Counted from the first letter of the stretch, positions 21,017 to 31,530 are shown. The stretch: DNA of 64,000 nucleotides from an uncultured Lachnospiraceae bacterium (GCA_949472775.1 CASWVG010000010.1:4185-68184); one strand, 5' to 3'. The notes: a model not told the origin generated them from the letters alone. Made by a program: numbers and translations.

Positions 21017-22378
21017 TCACAGATCAGAAATCTGCACAAGCTTCAGATTTGATTTGACCTTTGCCTCCAGATTCAGTTTCTCGTCAAACCTGAATGCCGT
21101 ATACATATAGATATAATCCGCACTGATTTTCGCCTTTTTCGCATAAAGAAGGAGATTCTCATAATCCTCATAGGTCATGGGTTTCTCCCAGTTGCACAGC
21201 CCGATCAGCGTGCGACCTTCTTCATCCTGCGCAATGATATCCAGAGATCCCACCTTGCCGATCCACTCGCCGATCGACCCACAGTTGATCGGAAGCCTGT
21301 GACGGTCACCCAGCCTTGCCAGATGCTGTCTGCACACCTGCTTGAAATAGCCGGACACATAGCGCCTGAAATCCCGCATAATATAATGATTGTAAAACTC
21401 TCCCACCGAAAGCATCTGCAGATCGCTCAGATGGGGGTACATATAAGTATAATAAAAGTCCACAAACGGATGGCTGATCCGGTAGATTCCCTTCTGCACA
21501 TTCTCCTTGCCCGCAGTATCGTAGGAAAACACCTTTTCCACCAGCTCCAGTTCAATCAGGTTTTTTAAGTAGACACTGATCTTGGCACGGGAAAACTCCG
21601 TGTGCTGATGCAGGTCGTTTAATTTATAGTTTCCCGCCGCAATGGACGCCATAATGGTATTGTAGACACCCGGTTCCCTGAGCTGTTCCGTGAGAATGCG
21701 CTCTCCCTCCTCAAAGAGAAAACTGTTGCAGTCAAGAATGTTACGGCAGATGTTCTGTTGGATCGTCAGCCTGTCGTCAAACTGGTTCCACAGACCGGGA
21801 ATCCCGCCCAAGATGGCGTAAGCCTCCACACATTCCTCAATTCGGAAATTGGGGAACCGCTCCACCAGATCCGCAAAGGGCATCTCCTTGATCTTAAGAA
21901 GCCCGGAAAGTTCGTAAGCCGCCTCCCCGATTCTGGTAATCATGCTGTTTTCAATCCAGCCAATGGAAGAGCTCACCAGAATGACCATCACGTCATCCCG
22001 GTTCCACTGGCTGTGCACAAAAGCAACCAGTTCTTTCATAAAGGTATCGCTGGCACGCACAATATTCTGGAACTCATCGATCACCAGCACCTTCTTCCCA
22101 GTGACCCGGTGGGCAATCTTTTCAAATATCTCCTGAAAAGTGGGGAATTTTTCTACTACATAACCGTCATGGGTAAGCTGCCTGCCCCACTGATAGGTCT
22201 GTTCCCTCTCCGAACATGCCTTTGCCAGATAATAATACCCCGGGCGATCCTTCATAAATTCTTTCACAAGCACGGTTTTTCCGATATGCTTCTGCCCATA
22301 AACAATCAAAATCTGACTGCCATCCCTGTCATAATAATTATTCAGATAACCGAGTTCTGTCGTTCTGCCCAGTAACAT
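21017..22378 (-). CDS. Archaeal-type AAA ATPase with a DUF234-like C-terminus
   Basis: GRTTEL, Walker A YGQKHIGKT, Walker B VIDEFQ, ILGGIPG, winged helix, C-terminal DIIA...GLCNW. Confidence 0.85.
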   Translation of the reverse strand: MLLGRTTELGYLNNYYDRDGSQILIVYGQKHIGKTVLVKEFMKDRPGYYYLAKACSEREQTYQWGRQLTHDGYVVEKFPTFQEIFEKIAHRVTGKKVLVIDEFQNIVRASDTFMKELVAFVHSQWNRDDVMVILVSSSIGWIENSMITRIGEAAYELSGLLKIKEMPFADLVERFPNFRIEECVEAYAILGGIPGLWNQFDDRLTIQQNICRNILDCNSFLFEEGERILTEQLREPGVYNTIMASIAAGNYKLNDLHQHTEFSRAKISVYLKNLIELELVEKVFSYDTAGKENVQKGIYRISHPFVDFYYTYMYPHLSDLQMLSVGEFYNHYIMRDFRRYVSGYFKQVCRQHLARLGDRHRLPINCGSIGEWIGKVGSLDIIAQDEEGRTLIGLCNWEKPMTYEDYENLLLYAKKAKISADYIYMYTAFRFDEKLNLEAKVKSNLKLVQISDL

Positions 22379-22391
22379 AGTTTTACCCGCC

Positions 22392-24182
22392 TCATCCTAC
22401 CTTTACCGTCAATTTTTCAAGCAAATCCGATATGCCCTGCGCCGGCATCGGTCTGCCCATATAATACCCCTGTATCATATCGCATTCCAGTTCTTTCAGA
22501 TACTGAAATTGCTCTTTGGTCTCCACACCTTCCGCAATCGTCTCATAACCAAGACGTTTCACCATGTAAATAATGGACTCCGTGATAATCTTTGTATTTT
22601 TATCCGTCAGAAGCGTATCCACAAATGTCTTATCAATTTTCAGCGTATCGATCGGCAGCCCCTTCAGATAGGACAGGGAAGAAAAGCCTGTGCCAAAGTC
22701 GTCCAGTGAAATTCTGACCCCGGCGTTTTTCAGTTCATTCAGCCGCTCGCTTATGTAATCAAAATCCTCTATCAGAATGGTTTCCGTCACTTCGATTTCT
22801 ATCTCGCCAGGAGACACATGATACTTTTCCAGAATCTGCAAAAGGCTGTCCATGAATCCCCGTTTCTTGCACTGTACCGCCGAAACGTTCAACGATAAAA
22901 TGAGCGGATAATGATACTGATCACGCCATTCCGCATAAGTCTGCACGCTCTTTTCTATCACCCAGTTTCCGATCGGCACAATAGTTCCGTTCTTTTCCGC
23001 GATCGGAATAAACACAGCGGGACTTATCATCTCTCCTTTGCTGTCCCTCCAGCGGATCAATGCCTCCACACCGCGGAATTTTCCACTTTCCGCATAGTAC
23101 TGGGGTTGGAAATACATGGTGAAATTCTGTTCAAACACAACCTCCTTCAGCTTGTTCTGAATGTTCACCGTCTGCAAAAACTCTTCCAGAATCGTCCCGT
23201 CAAAATACTGGATTTTGTCCTTTCCCCGGCTCTTCGCCTTAAACATGACAATCTCCGCGCAGTTGATCAGTTCTAACGTCCCAGGCGCCGCCTCCGGATA
23301 TTCGGACACGCCCACACTCACCGTCATGGTGACCTCCTGCCCGTCCGTCATTTTAAACGGTTTTTTCAGCCGTTCCCTGATCACCCGGTATATCGTGTCC
23401 ACGCTTCTTGAGCCGCAGGGATCGTAGATCGCAATACAGTAAATATCCGTACTGAAATGGGAAACGATCACATTGTTGTTAATCAGCCCGGTCAGATACT
23501 GGCCGAAAAGCTGCACCAGTTCATCCCCCGCAATGATACCCATGCCGTCATTGACTCTGCGAAAATCATCAAAATCCATGAACATTACCGCCACTTTTTT
23601 CGATTCCTTCTCCGCACAGCGCAAAAACTCGCCCAACAGCCGGACAAAATAATTCCGGTTGTACAGCCCCGTCAGCATGTCATAATACGCCATGTAGGTC
23701 AGTTCGTCTTTCTGGGCGGTAAGTTTGGTCACGTCTTTGAACCGTATGATTTTGTCCATGGGTTTCCCCTCAGCATCATAGACAACGTTTACCTCCACTT
23801 CAATACAAAGCCGGCTTTCCTTAAGCTTAATCCCAAAGCTGTCTCTGTCCCTCCACTGTTTTTCAATAAACAGTCCTTCCTTAAGCGGAATTTCATACTG
23901 TTCCTCCACCCTGTCATAGAGTTTTGTCAGATCGTCCATGGTTGAAATAGAAAAATCAAAATAATGCTCCCAGTTTCCCAACGTATCAACCCGGTCTTCC
24001 CGAAAATTATAATAGATAAATGCGCTGCTTGACGTATCGCACAAAAGGCGGAGCATTTTCTCTTCTCTTCGGAGTTTTTCATTCTCCTCTACAAGCTGTT
24101 TCGTCCCGTTTCCCTTCAAATTTATTTCTGTATTGATCACTATATATGCACGCCGTTCTCCCCAGACGGCGCCCTCCCCCAT
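22392..24182 (-). CDS. GGDEF(degenerate)-EAL protein, likely a c-di-GMP phosphodiesterase
   Basis: DMLTGLYNR present but GGDEF replaced by FSTDI; intact EALIRW, DDFGTGFSS and AEGVET. Start uncertain. Confidence 0.88.
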   Translation of the reverse strand: MGEGAVWGERRAYIVINTEINLKGNGTKQLVEENEKLRREEKMLRLLCDTSSSAFIYYNFREDRVDTLGNWEHYFDFSISTMDDLTKLYDRVEEQYEIPLKEGLFIEKQWRDRDSFGIKLKESRLCIEVEVNVVYDAEGKPMDKIIRFKDVTKLTAQKDELTYMAYYDMLTGLYNRNYFVRLLGEFLRCAEKESKKVAVMFMDFDDFRRVNDGMGIIAGDELVQLFGQYLTGLINNNVIVSHFSTDIYCIAIYDPCGSRSVDTIYRVIRERLKKPFKMTDGQEVTMTVSVGVSEYPEAAPGTLELINCAEIVMFKAKSRGKDKIQYFDGTILEEFLQTVNIQNKLKEVVFEQNFTMYFQPQYYAESGKFRGVEALIRWRDSKGEMISPAVFIPIAEKNGTIVPIGNWVIEKSVQTYAEWRDQYHYPLILSLNVSAVQCKKRGFMDSLLQILEKYHVSPGEIEIEVTETILIEDFDYISERLNELKNAGVRISLDDFGTGFSSLSYLKGLPIDTLKIDKTFVDTLLTDKNTKIITESIIYMVKRLGYETIAEGVETKEQFQYLKELECDMIQGYYMGRPMPAQGISDLLEKLTVKVG

Positions 24183-24219
24183 ATCATTGTTCTTTGTTTA
24201 CAGTTTCCTTACAGCCTTT

Positions 24220-25305
24220 CTACTTTTTCGTAATATACCCCTTCGCTTTCAATGTCTCCGCACACAGTACAGCGCCCCCAGCCGCTCCGCGCACGGTATT
24301 GTGGGAAAGCCCCACAAATTTCCAGTCATAAACACTGTCCTCACGGATGCGTCCCACACTGATTCCCATACCATTTTCATAATCCACATCCAGCTTTACC
24401 TGCGGACGGTTATCCTCCTCCATCACCTGAATAAACTGCTTCGGCGCGCTGGGAAGATCAAGTTCCTGCGGCAGCCCCTTAAACTGCACCAGCTTCTCCA
24501 CAAGCTGTTCCTTGGTCGGTTTCTTCTTAAACTTCACAAACACGGCAGCCGTATGACCGTTTAGCACAGGCACCCGGATGCACTGGCAGGTGATCACCGG
24601 GCTTGTCGCCGGAACAATCTCGCCGTCCACGATCTCACCCCAGATCCGAAGCGGCTCCTTCTCACTCTTCTCCTCCTCACCGCCGATGTAGGGAATGACA
24701 TTCTCCACCATCTCCGGCCAGTCCTTAAATGTCTTGCCCGCGCCGGAAATTGCCTGATATGTGGTGGCAACTACCTCGTAAGGTTCAAACTCTTTCCATG
24801 CGGTGAGCACCGGCGCGTAACTCTGGATCGAGCAGTTCGGTTTCACAGCGATAAAGCCCCGTTTCGTGCCAAGTCTCTTTTTCTGAGACTCGATCACGTC
24901 AAAATGTTCCGGGTTGATCTCCGGCACTACCATGGGTACGTCGGGTGTCCAGCGGTGGGCGCTGTTGTTGGATACCACGGGGGTCTCCGTCTTTGCGTAC
25001 TCTTCCTCAATCTTCTTGATCTCATCCTTGGTCATGTCCACTGCGGAGAACACGAAATCCACTTCTGCCGCCACTTCCGCGACCTCATTTACGTTCTTGA
25101 CCACAATCTTCTTTACCGCCTCAGGCATGGGCGTATCCATCTTCCATCTGTCACCCACTGCCTCCTCATAAGACTTGCCCGCAGACCGGGGACTCGCCGC
25201 AATCGTGGTCACCTCAAACCATGGATGGTTCTCCAGGAGCGCGATAAAACGCTGCCCCACCATGCCCGTGCCGCCTAAAATACCTACCTTTAACTTTTCG
25301 CTCAT
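24220..25305 (-). CDS. asd: Aspartate-semialdehyde dehydrogenase
   Basis: GGTGMVGQ NAD-binding motif, KPNCS catalytic Cys, SHNTVRGAAG. Confidence 0.96.
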   Translation of the reverse strand: MSEKLKVGILGGTGMVGQRFIALLENHPWFEVTTIAASPRSAGKSYEEAVGDRWKMDTPMPEAVKKIVVKNVNEVAEVAAEVDFVFSAVDMTKDEIKKIEEEYAKTETPVVSNNSAHRWTPDVPMVVPEINPEHFDVIESQKKRLGTKRGFIAVKPNCSIQSYAPVLTAWKEFEPYEVVATTYQAISGAGKTFKDWPEMVENVIPYIGGEEEKSEKEPLRIWGEIVDGEIVPATSPVITCQCIRVPVLNGHTAAVFVKFKKKPTKEQLVEKLVQFKGLPQELDLPSAPKQFIQVMEEDNRPQVKLDVDYENGMGISVGRIREDSVYDWKFVGLSHNTVRGAAGGAVLCAETLKAKGYITKK

Positions 25306-25383
25306 AATAGTTACTCCTCCTTCTTATCAAAGCATTTATGCCAAAACCGCGAACAGAATCTCCAATTCCGCTCCGCGATTTCC

Positions 25384-26814
25384 TTAATTCACTGTTTCGC
25401 CAGGTACTCCGCCAAACATGTCGTCCTCATCCTGCCAGTCCTTTGTGAGATACTCCCTGTGCATCCGTATGACCTCGCGCATTGCCTCCGGTCCCGGCGC
25501 ACCGATGGTCAGCCGTTTCTCCACACAGGTTTTCAAGCTGATCGCCTGATAGACGTCCTCCTCAAAGACAGGACTGATCTCCTTAAGCTCTTCTATGGAA
25601 AGCTCGTCAATGCTGCATTGTTTCTCAATGCAGTAAAGCACCAGCCTGCCTATGACACTGTGGGCATCCCGGAAGGGAACGCCTTTTCCCACCAGATAGT
25701 CCGCCGCGTCCGTGGCGTTGGTAAACCCAAAAGCTGCGCTCTTTTCCATCACGTCCTCATTGAACTTCATGGTGCGGATCATGCCCTCAAACAATGCCAG
25801 ACACCCTTTCACCGTATCGATGGCATCGAAGGTCAGCTCTTTGTCCTCCTGCATATCTTTATTGTACGCAAGGGGAATCCCCTTCATGGTCGTCAATAGG
25901 GAAATCAACGCCCCGTAAACACGCCCTGTCTTTCCCCGCACCAGCTCCGCAATGTCCGGATTTTTCTTCTGGGGCATGATGCTGCTCCCCGTGGAGTAGG
26001 CGTCGTCGATCTCCACAAAGCGGTATTCATTGGAATTCCATATGATGATCTCCTCGCAAAAACGGCTTAAGTGCATCATAATAGTAGAGAGCGCCGATAA
26101 AAATTCGATCACATAATCCCTGTCGGAAACCGAATCCATACTGTTTAACGTCGGTCCCTCAAAGCCGAGCAGAGACGCCGTGTAGGCACGGTCAAGCGGA
26201 TACGTCGTTCCCGCAAGCGCCCCCGCCCCAAGCGGGCAGTAATTCATGCGGTAGAATATATCCTTCAGTCTTGACCGGTCCCTCTTAAACATCTCGAAGT
26301 AAGCGCCGATATGATGCGCAAGCGTCACCGGCTGCGCCTTCTGCAGATGGGTGAAACCCGGCATATAGGTCTGCGTGTGCTCCTCCATAATGGTCAGAAG
26401 CGTCTGCAAAAGTTCCTTCAGCAAGCTGTCTGTATTGAGGACTTCCAGCCTTGTGTACAGCCGCATGTCTAGCGCAACCTGATCGTTCCGGCTCCTGCCC
26501 GTGTGCAGCTTTTTCCCCACATCGCCGATCCGGTCGATCAGATTCGCCTCCACAAAACTGTGGATATCCTCGTACTCCTCCGTAATCGCGAGCTTACCGT
26601 CCTCCACATCCTGTCTGATGCCGGTGAGCCCTTTTAAGATTTCGTCTTTCTCCTCTTTCGTCAGAATTCCCTGTTTGGCAAGCATAATCGTATGTACAAT
26701 ACTACCCTCAATGTCCTGCTTAAAGAATTTCTGGTCAAAGGAGATCGACGCGTTAAAATTATATACAAGCTGATCCGTCTCCTTCGTGAAACGACCGCCC
26801 CACAACTGCGCCAT
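25384..26814 (-). CDS. argH: Argininosuccinate lyase
   Basis: MAQLWGGRF start (26814, GGAGG RBS), HTGRSRNDQ, GSSIMPQKKNPD. Confidence 0.97.
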   Translation of the reverse strand: MAQLWGGRFTKETDQLVYNFNASISFDQKFFKQDIEGSIVHTIMLAKQGILTKEEKDEILKGLTGIRQDVEDGKLAITEEYEDIHSFVEANLIDRIGDVGKKLHTGRSRNDQVALDMRLYTRLEVLNTDSLLKELLQTLLTIMEEHTQTYMPGFTHLQKAQPVTLAHHIGAYFEMFKRDRSRLKDIFYRMNYCPLGAGALAGTTYPLDRAYTASLLGFEGPTLNSMDSVSDRDYVIEFLSALSTIMMHLSRFCEEIIIWNSNEYRFVEIDDAYSTGSSIMPQKKNPDIAELVRGKTGRVYGALISLLTTMKGIPLAYNKDMQEDKELTFDAIDTVKGCLALFEGMIRTMKFNEDVMEKSAAFGFTNATDAADYLVGKGVPFRDAHSVIGRLVLYCIEKQCSIDELSIEELKEISPVFEEDVYQAISLKTCVEKRLTIGAPGPEAMREVIRMHREYLTKDWQDEDDMFGGVPGETVN

Positions 26815-26883
26815 GTCTAAAACCTCCATTTTAATTAAATCTAAATTTGATGATACCATAAATTGGTTTTGTTTTCAATCAAA

Positions 26884-26912
26884 ACACATATTTTCTTACC
26901 CGTCATAAAATA
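26884..26912 (+). promoter_or_regulatory. Candidate sigmaK-type promoter of ytlC
   Basis: ACAC (26884-26887), 16 bp, then CATAAAATA (26904-26912), matching the AC-N16-18-CATAnnnTA consensus. Confidence 0.5.
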
Positions 26913-26973
26913 TTCTATACTCGTAGTAAACGACCCGTAAGATTTCAGTTCTCGAAAAACAGGATGTCGTTAA

Positions 26974-28860
26974 CTATAAAAGGAGGCATTTTCTATGCAG
27001 CCAATACTTTCTCTGCGGGATGTTTCCTACTCCTATCACAATCTGAAAGGAGAAACCCCCGCTCTCTCGCACATTAATCTGCAAATTTCCGAAGGGAGCT
27101 TCGTCGCTGTCGTGGGTCCGAGCGGCTGCGGCAATGCACTGGGTATAGGTTGGAAACTTCGGATACCACGGCCGTAAAATTTCTTCCTTCAGACGGGCAA
27201 AAATATCCCGGTGCCTGCCTGGCACCGGGTTTCTGATATAAATATGGGCGATTTCGCCATCCCAGACGACCTTTTCTATGATCATCCTTAGAAAATCCCT
27301 TTTCTGCATAACCGTAAGCTCTTCAAATATCTGCGGGAAGTGCTTCATCTTCTTAAGCCATTCCCCTACATAATCGGTGACATCCAGATTCGCCTCCTTA
27401 TTGCTTTCCATGGCTGTAATCCGCGTCCGCAGCTCCCGGCATATGCCGTCCGTCCGCTTGATCTCCTCATTGATATACTGCACCGACACACTGTCCGCGT
27501 CCAGATTTTTGATCGAGGCAATGAGCTTCTGTATCTCCTCTTTCTTCTTATTATATTCCTGCTGCAGCAGATCCTTTTCCGACACCACCTCCATATCCGT
27601 GTCTCGGATCTTCTTTAACAGCGCTTCCAACATGGGGATGATGCCTGCATCGGGGTTCGTCATCCCGATCAGCTCCTCACATACCCTTGCATCCAGTGTA
27701 TTGCCGTGGACATTTTTCACATCACACTTTTCCCGGTGCGTGGCATCCTTGTACGGACAGCGGTAAGCGAATGTGCGTTCCCCCTTTTCCGTCAGCCGGG
27801 ACGCCGGATAATTCTTCGGGCGCATCAAATGTCCGCAGGAACAGTAAAGCAGCCCCGACAAAAGCGCAACACTGTTTTTCGTATTCTTGAATGCCGCCCC
27901 TTTTTCCTTGTTGCCCGCCAGCAGTTTTTGTACCCGGACAAACTCTTTGCCGCTTACTATGCCCTGATGCCGCCCTTTTGATATGATCCACGACTCACAG
28001 GGCTGGCTCTGGTTCTTATAGTGTGTGGAGGTTGTTTTGGCATACCCCATCAGCCCGGATTCCCCGTCCAGCTCCTCCTCGTCGATACACACCTGACAGC
28101 CCAGATCGTAAAAATACTGATAGGCGTCCTGATCCGCCTTGCAGTATACCGGGTTCACCAGAATATCCCGGATGCCCGATATGACAAACTCATTTCCCTG
28201 CCTTGTTCTGATATCATTGGTGATGAGACTTTTATACACCTTGGTCAGCGACCTGCATTCCATAAAATACGAAAATATGTACCGGGCAATCCCGATCTCC
28301 TCCGGGTTCTGCGTAAGGCAGTACATGGACTTTTTCTTGAGGGCGCTGACCTCCTTCTCCAATTTCATGGAAGAATATCCGAGCGGCGTATTGCCGCCAA
28401 GCCACCGCCCGCTCCTTGCAAGCATGATCATGTTGTCCTTCACACGCTCCGCGATCTGCTCCCGCTCCATCTGGGCAAGCACGCCCGAAAAGTACAACAT
28501 TGCCTTGCCGATCGGCGTGGTTGTGTCGAACTTCTCCTTGATACTAATGAAGGATGTGCCCTTTCGCTCTAAGTCTTCCATCAGATTGGCCAGATCCGCA
28601 AGGTTCCTGCCCAGGCGGTCAAGTTTGTAGCAGACTAAGTAGTCAAAATGCTGCTCCTTCATGTCACGCATCATTTTCTGGAACTGGGGGCGCCTGGTAT
28701 TCTTGCCGGAGAAACCTTCGTCCTCGTATACAATGATTTCTGCCTGCTCTCCCCCTTCTATAAACATTTCGATATATTCCCGGCACATGACGATCTGGTT
28801 TTCTACACTGTCGCCTTTGCCGGTCCATTTGGATTTTCTGCTGTAGATGGCGATTTGCAT
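26974..28860 (-). CDS. Large serine recombinase (integrase); the ORF reads through attL
   Basis: IAIYSRKS (catalytic Ser), EDEGFSG, YKLDRLGR, GRWLGGNTPLGY, Zn-ribbon CSCG...C...C, coiled coil. The last 51 aa come from the antisense strand of the host gene. Confidence 0.95.
   Translation of the reverse strand: MQIAIYSRKSKWTGKGDSVENQIVMCREYIEMFIEGGEQAEIIVYEDEGFSGKNTRRPQFQKMMRDMKEQHFDYLVCYKLDRLGRNLADLANLMEDLERKGTSFISIKEKFDTTTPIGKAMLYFSGVLAQMEREQIAERVKDNMIMLARSGRWLGGNTPLGYSSMKLEKEVSALKKKSMYCLTQNPEEIGIARYIFSYFMECRSLTKVYKSLITNDIRTRQGNEFVISGIRDILVNPVYCKADQDAYQYFYDLGCQVCIDEEELDGESGLMGYAKTTSTHYKNQSQPCESWIISKGRHQGIVSGKEFVRVQKLLAGNKEKGAAFKNTKNSVALLSGLLYCSCGHLMRPKNYPASRLTEKGERTFAYRCPYKDATHREKCDVKNVHGNTLDARVCEELIGMTNPDAGIIPMLEALLKKIRDTDMEVVSEKDLLQQEYNKKKEEIQKLIASIKNLDADSVSVQYINEEIKRTDGICRELRTRITAMESNKEANLDVTDYVGEWLKKMKHFPQIFEELTVMQKRDFLRMIIEKVVWDGEIAHIYIRNPVPGRHRDIFARLKEEILRPWYPKFPTYTQCIAAAARTHDSDEAPFGNLQINVRESGGFSFQIVIGVGNIPQRKYWLHRKCLLL
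26995..27134 (+). pseudogene. ytlC: 5' fragment of the interrupted YtlC-like (NitT/TauT) ABC ATPase
   Basis: AAGGAGG RBS; MQPILSLRDVSYSYHNLKGETPALSHINLQISEGSFVAVVGPSGCG breaks inside Walker A and continues at 61730. Confidence 0.9.
27129..27159. other. attL
   Basis: Core CGGCAA followed by element arm TTGGAAACTT (27150-27159). Confidence 0.88.
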
Positions 28861-28889
28861 AAAGTGTTTTCCCCCTTTCTACTGTTTTG

Positions 28890-28925
28890 TCTGGCATCTC
28901 CCAAGAATAATGAGGAGATGCCAGA
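28890..28925. promoter_or_regulatory. Strong hairpin in the integrase leader
   Basis: tctggcatctcc-N12-ggagatgccaga, a perfect 12-bp stem between the 63-aa ORF and the integrase. Confidence 0.55.
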
Positions 28926-28945
28926 TCAAACGTTTTATTGTGTAT

Positions 28946-29137
28946 CTATTGTCTTGTTTTTAGATTATATATCAACTCTTCCAGTGCGGCTATCTGTTCC
29001 TGTCTGGACAAGCTGCTTTCACGGATGCATTTTTCTATGTGCATTACCGTAAATGTATTGATTGTATCTTGTATATATTGTAGATATTGAGATTCCTTTT
29101 CTCCTGTAACAGTGCAGACTATCTCGTGTTGCCGCAT
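28946..29137 (-). CDS. Small protein upstream of the integrase (candidate recombination directionality factor)
   Basis: 63-aa ORF with GGAG RBS, co-oriented and adjacent to the integrase. Function inferred from position only. Confidence 0.55.
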   Translation of the reverse strand: MRQHEIVCTVTGEKESQYLQYIQDTINTFTVMHIEKCIRESSLSRQEQIAALEELIYNLKTRQ

Positions 29138-29270
29138 TCAGGACTCCGTTTTATTTTTTTCATACTCATTTTATGCGCCCTCCGGTCTTCTGCATGCTAA
29201 AACAATCTAAGACTTGATTTCTAAGTTGTTGATATTTCATCTCTGTCCAATCCTCTTTCCATAATTTTTT

Positions 29271-31376
29271 TCACACCTCATGCACACCATTAATCACCGA
29301 ATCAAATACTACTTTCCTGATTTTCATAAAATTATATTTGTGTCCATTACCAACCAATACTCTAGCGCAATACGTCCGCTTCCCTTGCCCGTTTGAAGCA
29401 GTTTGTATTATCCTATCATCCGCCAGCATTGCCAAAACCTCCTTCAGATCGTACGGAAAATAGCGGTTTGTTTGACGTAAAAATGCAGCCACCTTCTTGT
29501 GCACGACATCAGGATTGAAATACAAGAAATTTTCGTCTTCAAATCCGTCAGCCGTTTCCACCTCTGTCAGCATTCTCTTTTCCGCACAAAGTCGAATATG
29601 TCCCGTTCTCAATAATGCAGCGATTGCTTCAATAAATATGTCACTCGGTGACTCTTCTGTGGACAATTCCTCACTGATCACAGCACAATCTAAGATTCCT
29701 TTTTTCATTTCTGAAATTCTCCTCTCAGCTTCATTCTCTGACATCCTGCAACAACGTGTTAAAAATCTTGCAAAAATATCCAGTGCGATGCACAACATTG
29801 CCGTACTATCGATAATTCGATATTCTTTTACCACTTGTGAAATCTTTTTTCGTTCCTCGCCAAAACTGTTACGAATAAAATCAACAATCAATTTATAATT
29901 CGTACCCACAAAATCTGCAAAAGCCGCAATCAAGGTTGTGTAGGCGTATTTGTTATTCTGGAACCAGGTTATCATATTTTCATTCGCCTTTTCCCTTTCC
30001 ATTTTACAATAGAAACAACGCAAATTACTCGACAGTCCCTTACCTAAAAGTTCTCCTGTCAGGGCTACCATGCCTTGCACACCTTCGCCCCTTCTGTCGT
30101 CCAATTTCATGCTACTCCTGCTTCGACTGCTTCCGTCACCCACCATGCGAACGATCATTTCCAGCTTGTCCGTCATTTCGCGCTTTTTTCTTGCCGTTTT
30201 AGCTGGCGAAAAGTCATCGATAAGGGTGATCGCATCATATCCCGTTAAAACGACCGCGCGTTCCAGCGACACTTCCGTGTCTGCATCAATTCTTCTTACA
30301 CTATCTCGATATCTTTCCTCGCACAGTTGCGTATAAAAAATCTTCGCCACCGTTGTCTTCATACTCCCTGTCTTGCCATACAGAAAAAGCGTAAAATGTG
30401 GAGTATACCCGGCTTCTTTAAACAACCGATATAGCACACCCATTAAGGAAAATGCAAAAATTACAGCTATCGTATTCCCGTCCATATATGTACACATGCT
30501 CCTCTCCCATATATCCCGAAGCATTTCTGCACTATACGATATAGCCGGCAAAGTCACTCCCGTATTAATCTCTATTTCACTTGCGATATTCAGTCCGTCC
30601 CGAACATAAACATTTACCCCTCTTATTTGCTGCCACCCCTGCTCAAAATAAATAAATTTTTTTGGACAGCGCCGGACTTCATCCCGAAATTTTCCTTCTA
30701 TAACCTTCGGTGCATTCCGTTCACGATGATCGATGATGGCCTCTGCATATCTTTGCTGCACTCTTTTTACCATCGACGAAATCTCTTTCACTTTAATCAT
30801 AAATGGATACGGTACTTTGTTGATGTATACAACGCTCTCAATTTCCTCCCTATCTGGCACCTCATTTCCTTCCCGATCAATATAAATCTGCCGTTCCACA
30901 GGTAATATTGAAACGTTGGTTTTTAGAGATTTGGGCTTTACCATCCCTAGCTCCTGCGTCGCTTTGACTGTGGAAATCTTCTGATCTATTTTCTCTCCCA
31001 CTTCTTTCTCCGTCATCCTTTTATTCAGTTTCGCCTTCTCTTTAATTCGTATAACCGTTTTGTTTTTGTATCCACTTTTACATTCCTTTTTTAACGCTTG
31101 TGAAATCACAGTTTCCGGCTCAGCGCCAAAACACTCCACTGGTGGTTTAGTGTAAACAAAAGGATCAGCTGTACCATCCGCCAGCGTTCTGGTGTAGAGC
31201 AGCGGATCAATCACCTCTTCTTTCGGCGGTTTCGCATACGCCAATGGATCAATCACCCCATTTACCGTCGGTCTCGTGTATACAAGTGGATCGATCACCT
31301 CAGCCGTTTTCACTTTCGCATCAACTAACGGATTCTCCTCGCTCCCTGACATCGTTTTTGTTTCTGCCATTCCCAT
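29271..31376 (-). CDS. P-loop ATPase, DUF927/Cch-like putative replicative helicase/initiator
   Basis: Walker A YGKTGSMKTT, Walker B LIDDF, LTGE...SSNLR; N-terminal 14-aa repeats. Confidence 0.7.
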   Translation of the reverse strand: MGMAETKTMSGSEENPLVDAKVKTAEVIDPLVYTRPTVNGVIDPLAYAKPPKEEVIDPLLYTRTLADGTADPFVYTKPPVECFGAEPETVISQALKKECKSGYKNKTVIRIKEKAKLNKRMTEKEVGEKIDQKISTVKATQELGMVKPKSLKTNVSILPVERQIYIDREGNEVPDREEIESVVYINKVPYPFMIKVKEISSMVKRVQQRYAEAIIDHRERNAPKVIEGKFRDEVRRCPKKFIYFEQGWQQIRGVNVYVRDGLNIASEIEINTGVTLPAISYSAEMLRDIWERSMCTYMDGNTIAVIFAFSLMGVLYRLFKEAGYTPHFTLFLYGKTGSMKTTVAKIFYTQLCEERYRDSVRRIDADTEVSLERAVVLTGYDAITLIDDFSPAKTARKKREMTDKLEMIVRMVGDGSSRSRSSMKLDDRRGEGVQGMVALTGELLGKGLSSNLRCFYCKMEREKANENMITWFQNNKYAYTTLIAAFADFVGTNYKLIVDFIRNSFGEERKKISQVVKEYRIIDSTAMLCIALDIFARFLTRCCRMSENEAERRISEMKKGILDCAVISEELSTEESPSDIFIEAIAALLRTGHIRLCAEKRMLTEVETADGFEDENFLYFNPDVVHKKVAAFLRQTNRYFPYDLKEVLAMLADDRIIQTASNGQGKRTYCARVLVGNGHKYNFMKIRKVVFDSVINGVHEV

Positions 31377-31530
31377 TTCCTCCTCTCTTGTTTTTCGTTC
31401 TGATTATCCCTATTATGTCATACATAAATATTCTTTTAATGCTATAAAGAAATTATTTATTATATATTTTCTTTATTTTTATCACTGATTATGCGATAAT
31501 ATAATAAATTATAATATTTTTGGAGGTCTT

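Noticed and set aside
29119-29169. Possible slippage at the A7 run joining MSMKK to the 63-aa ORF
   Set aside because: Adding or removing one A gives an in-frame stop before the downstream ATG.
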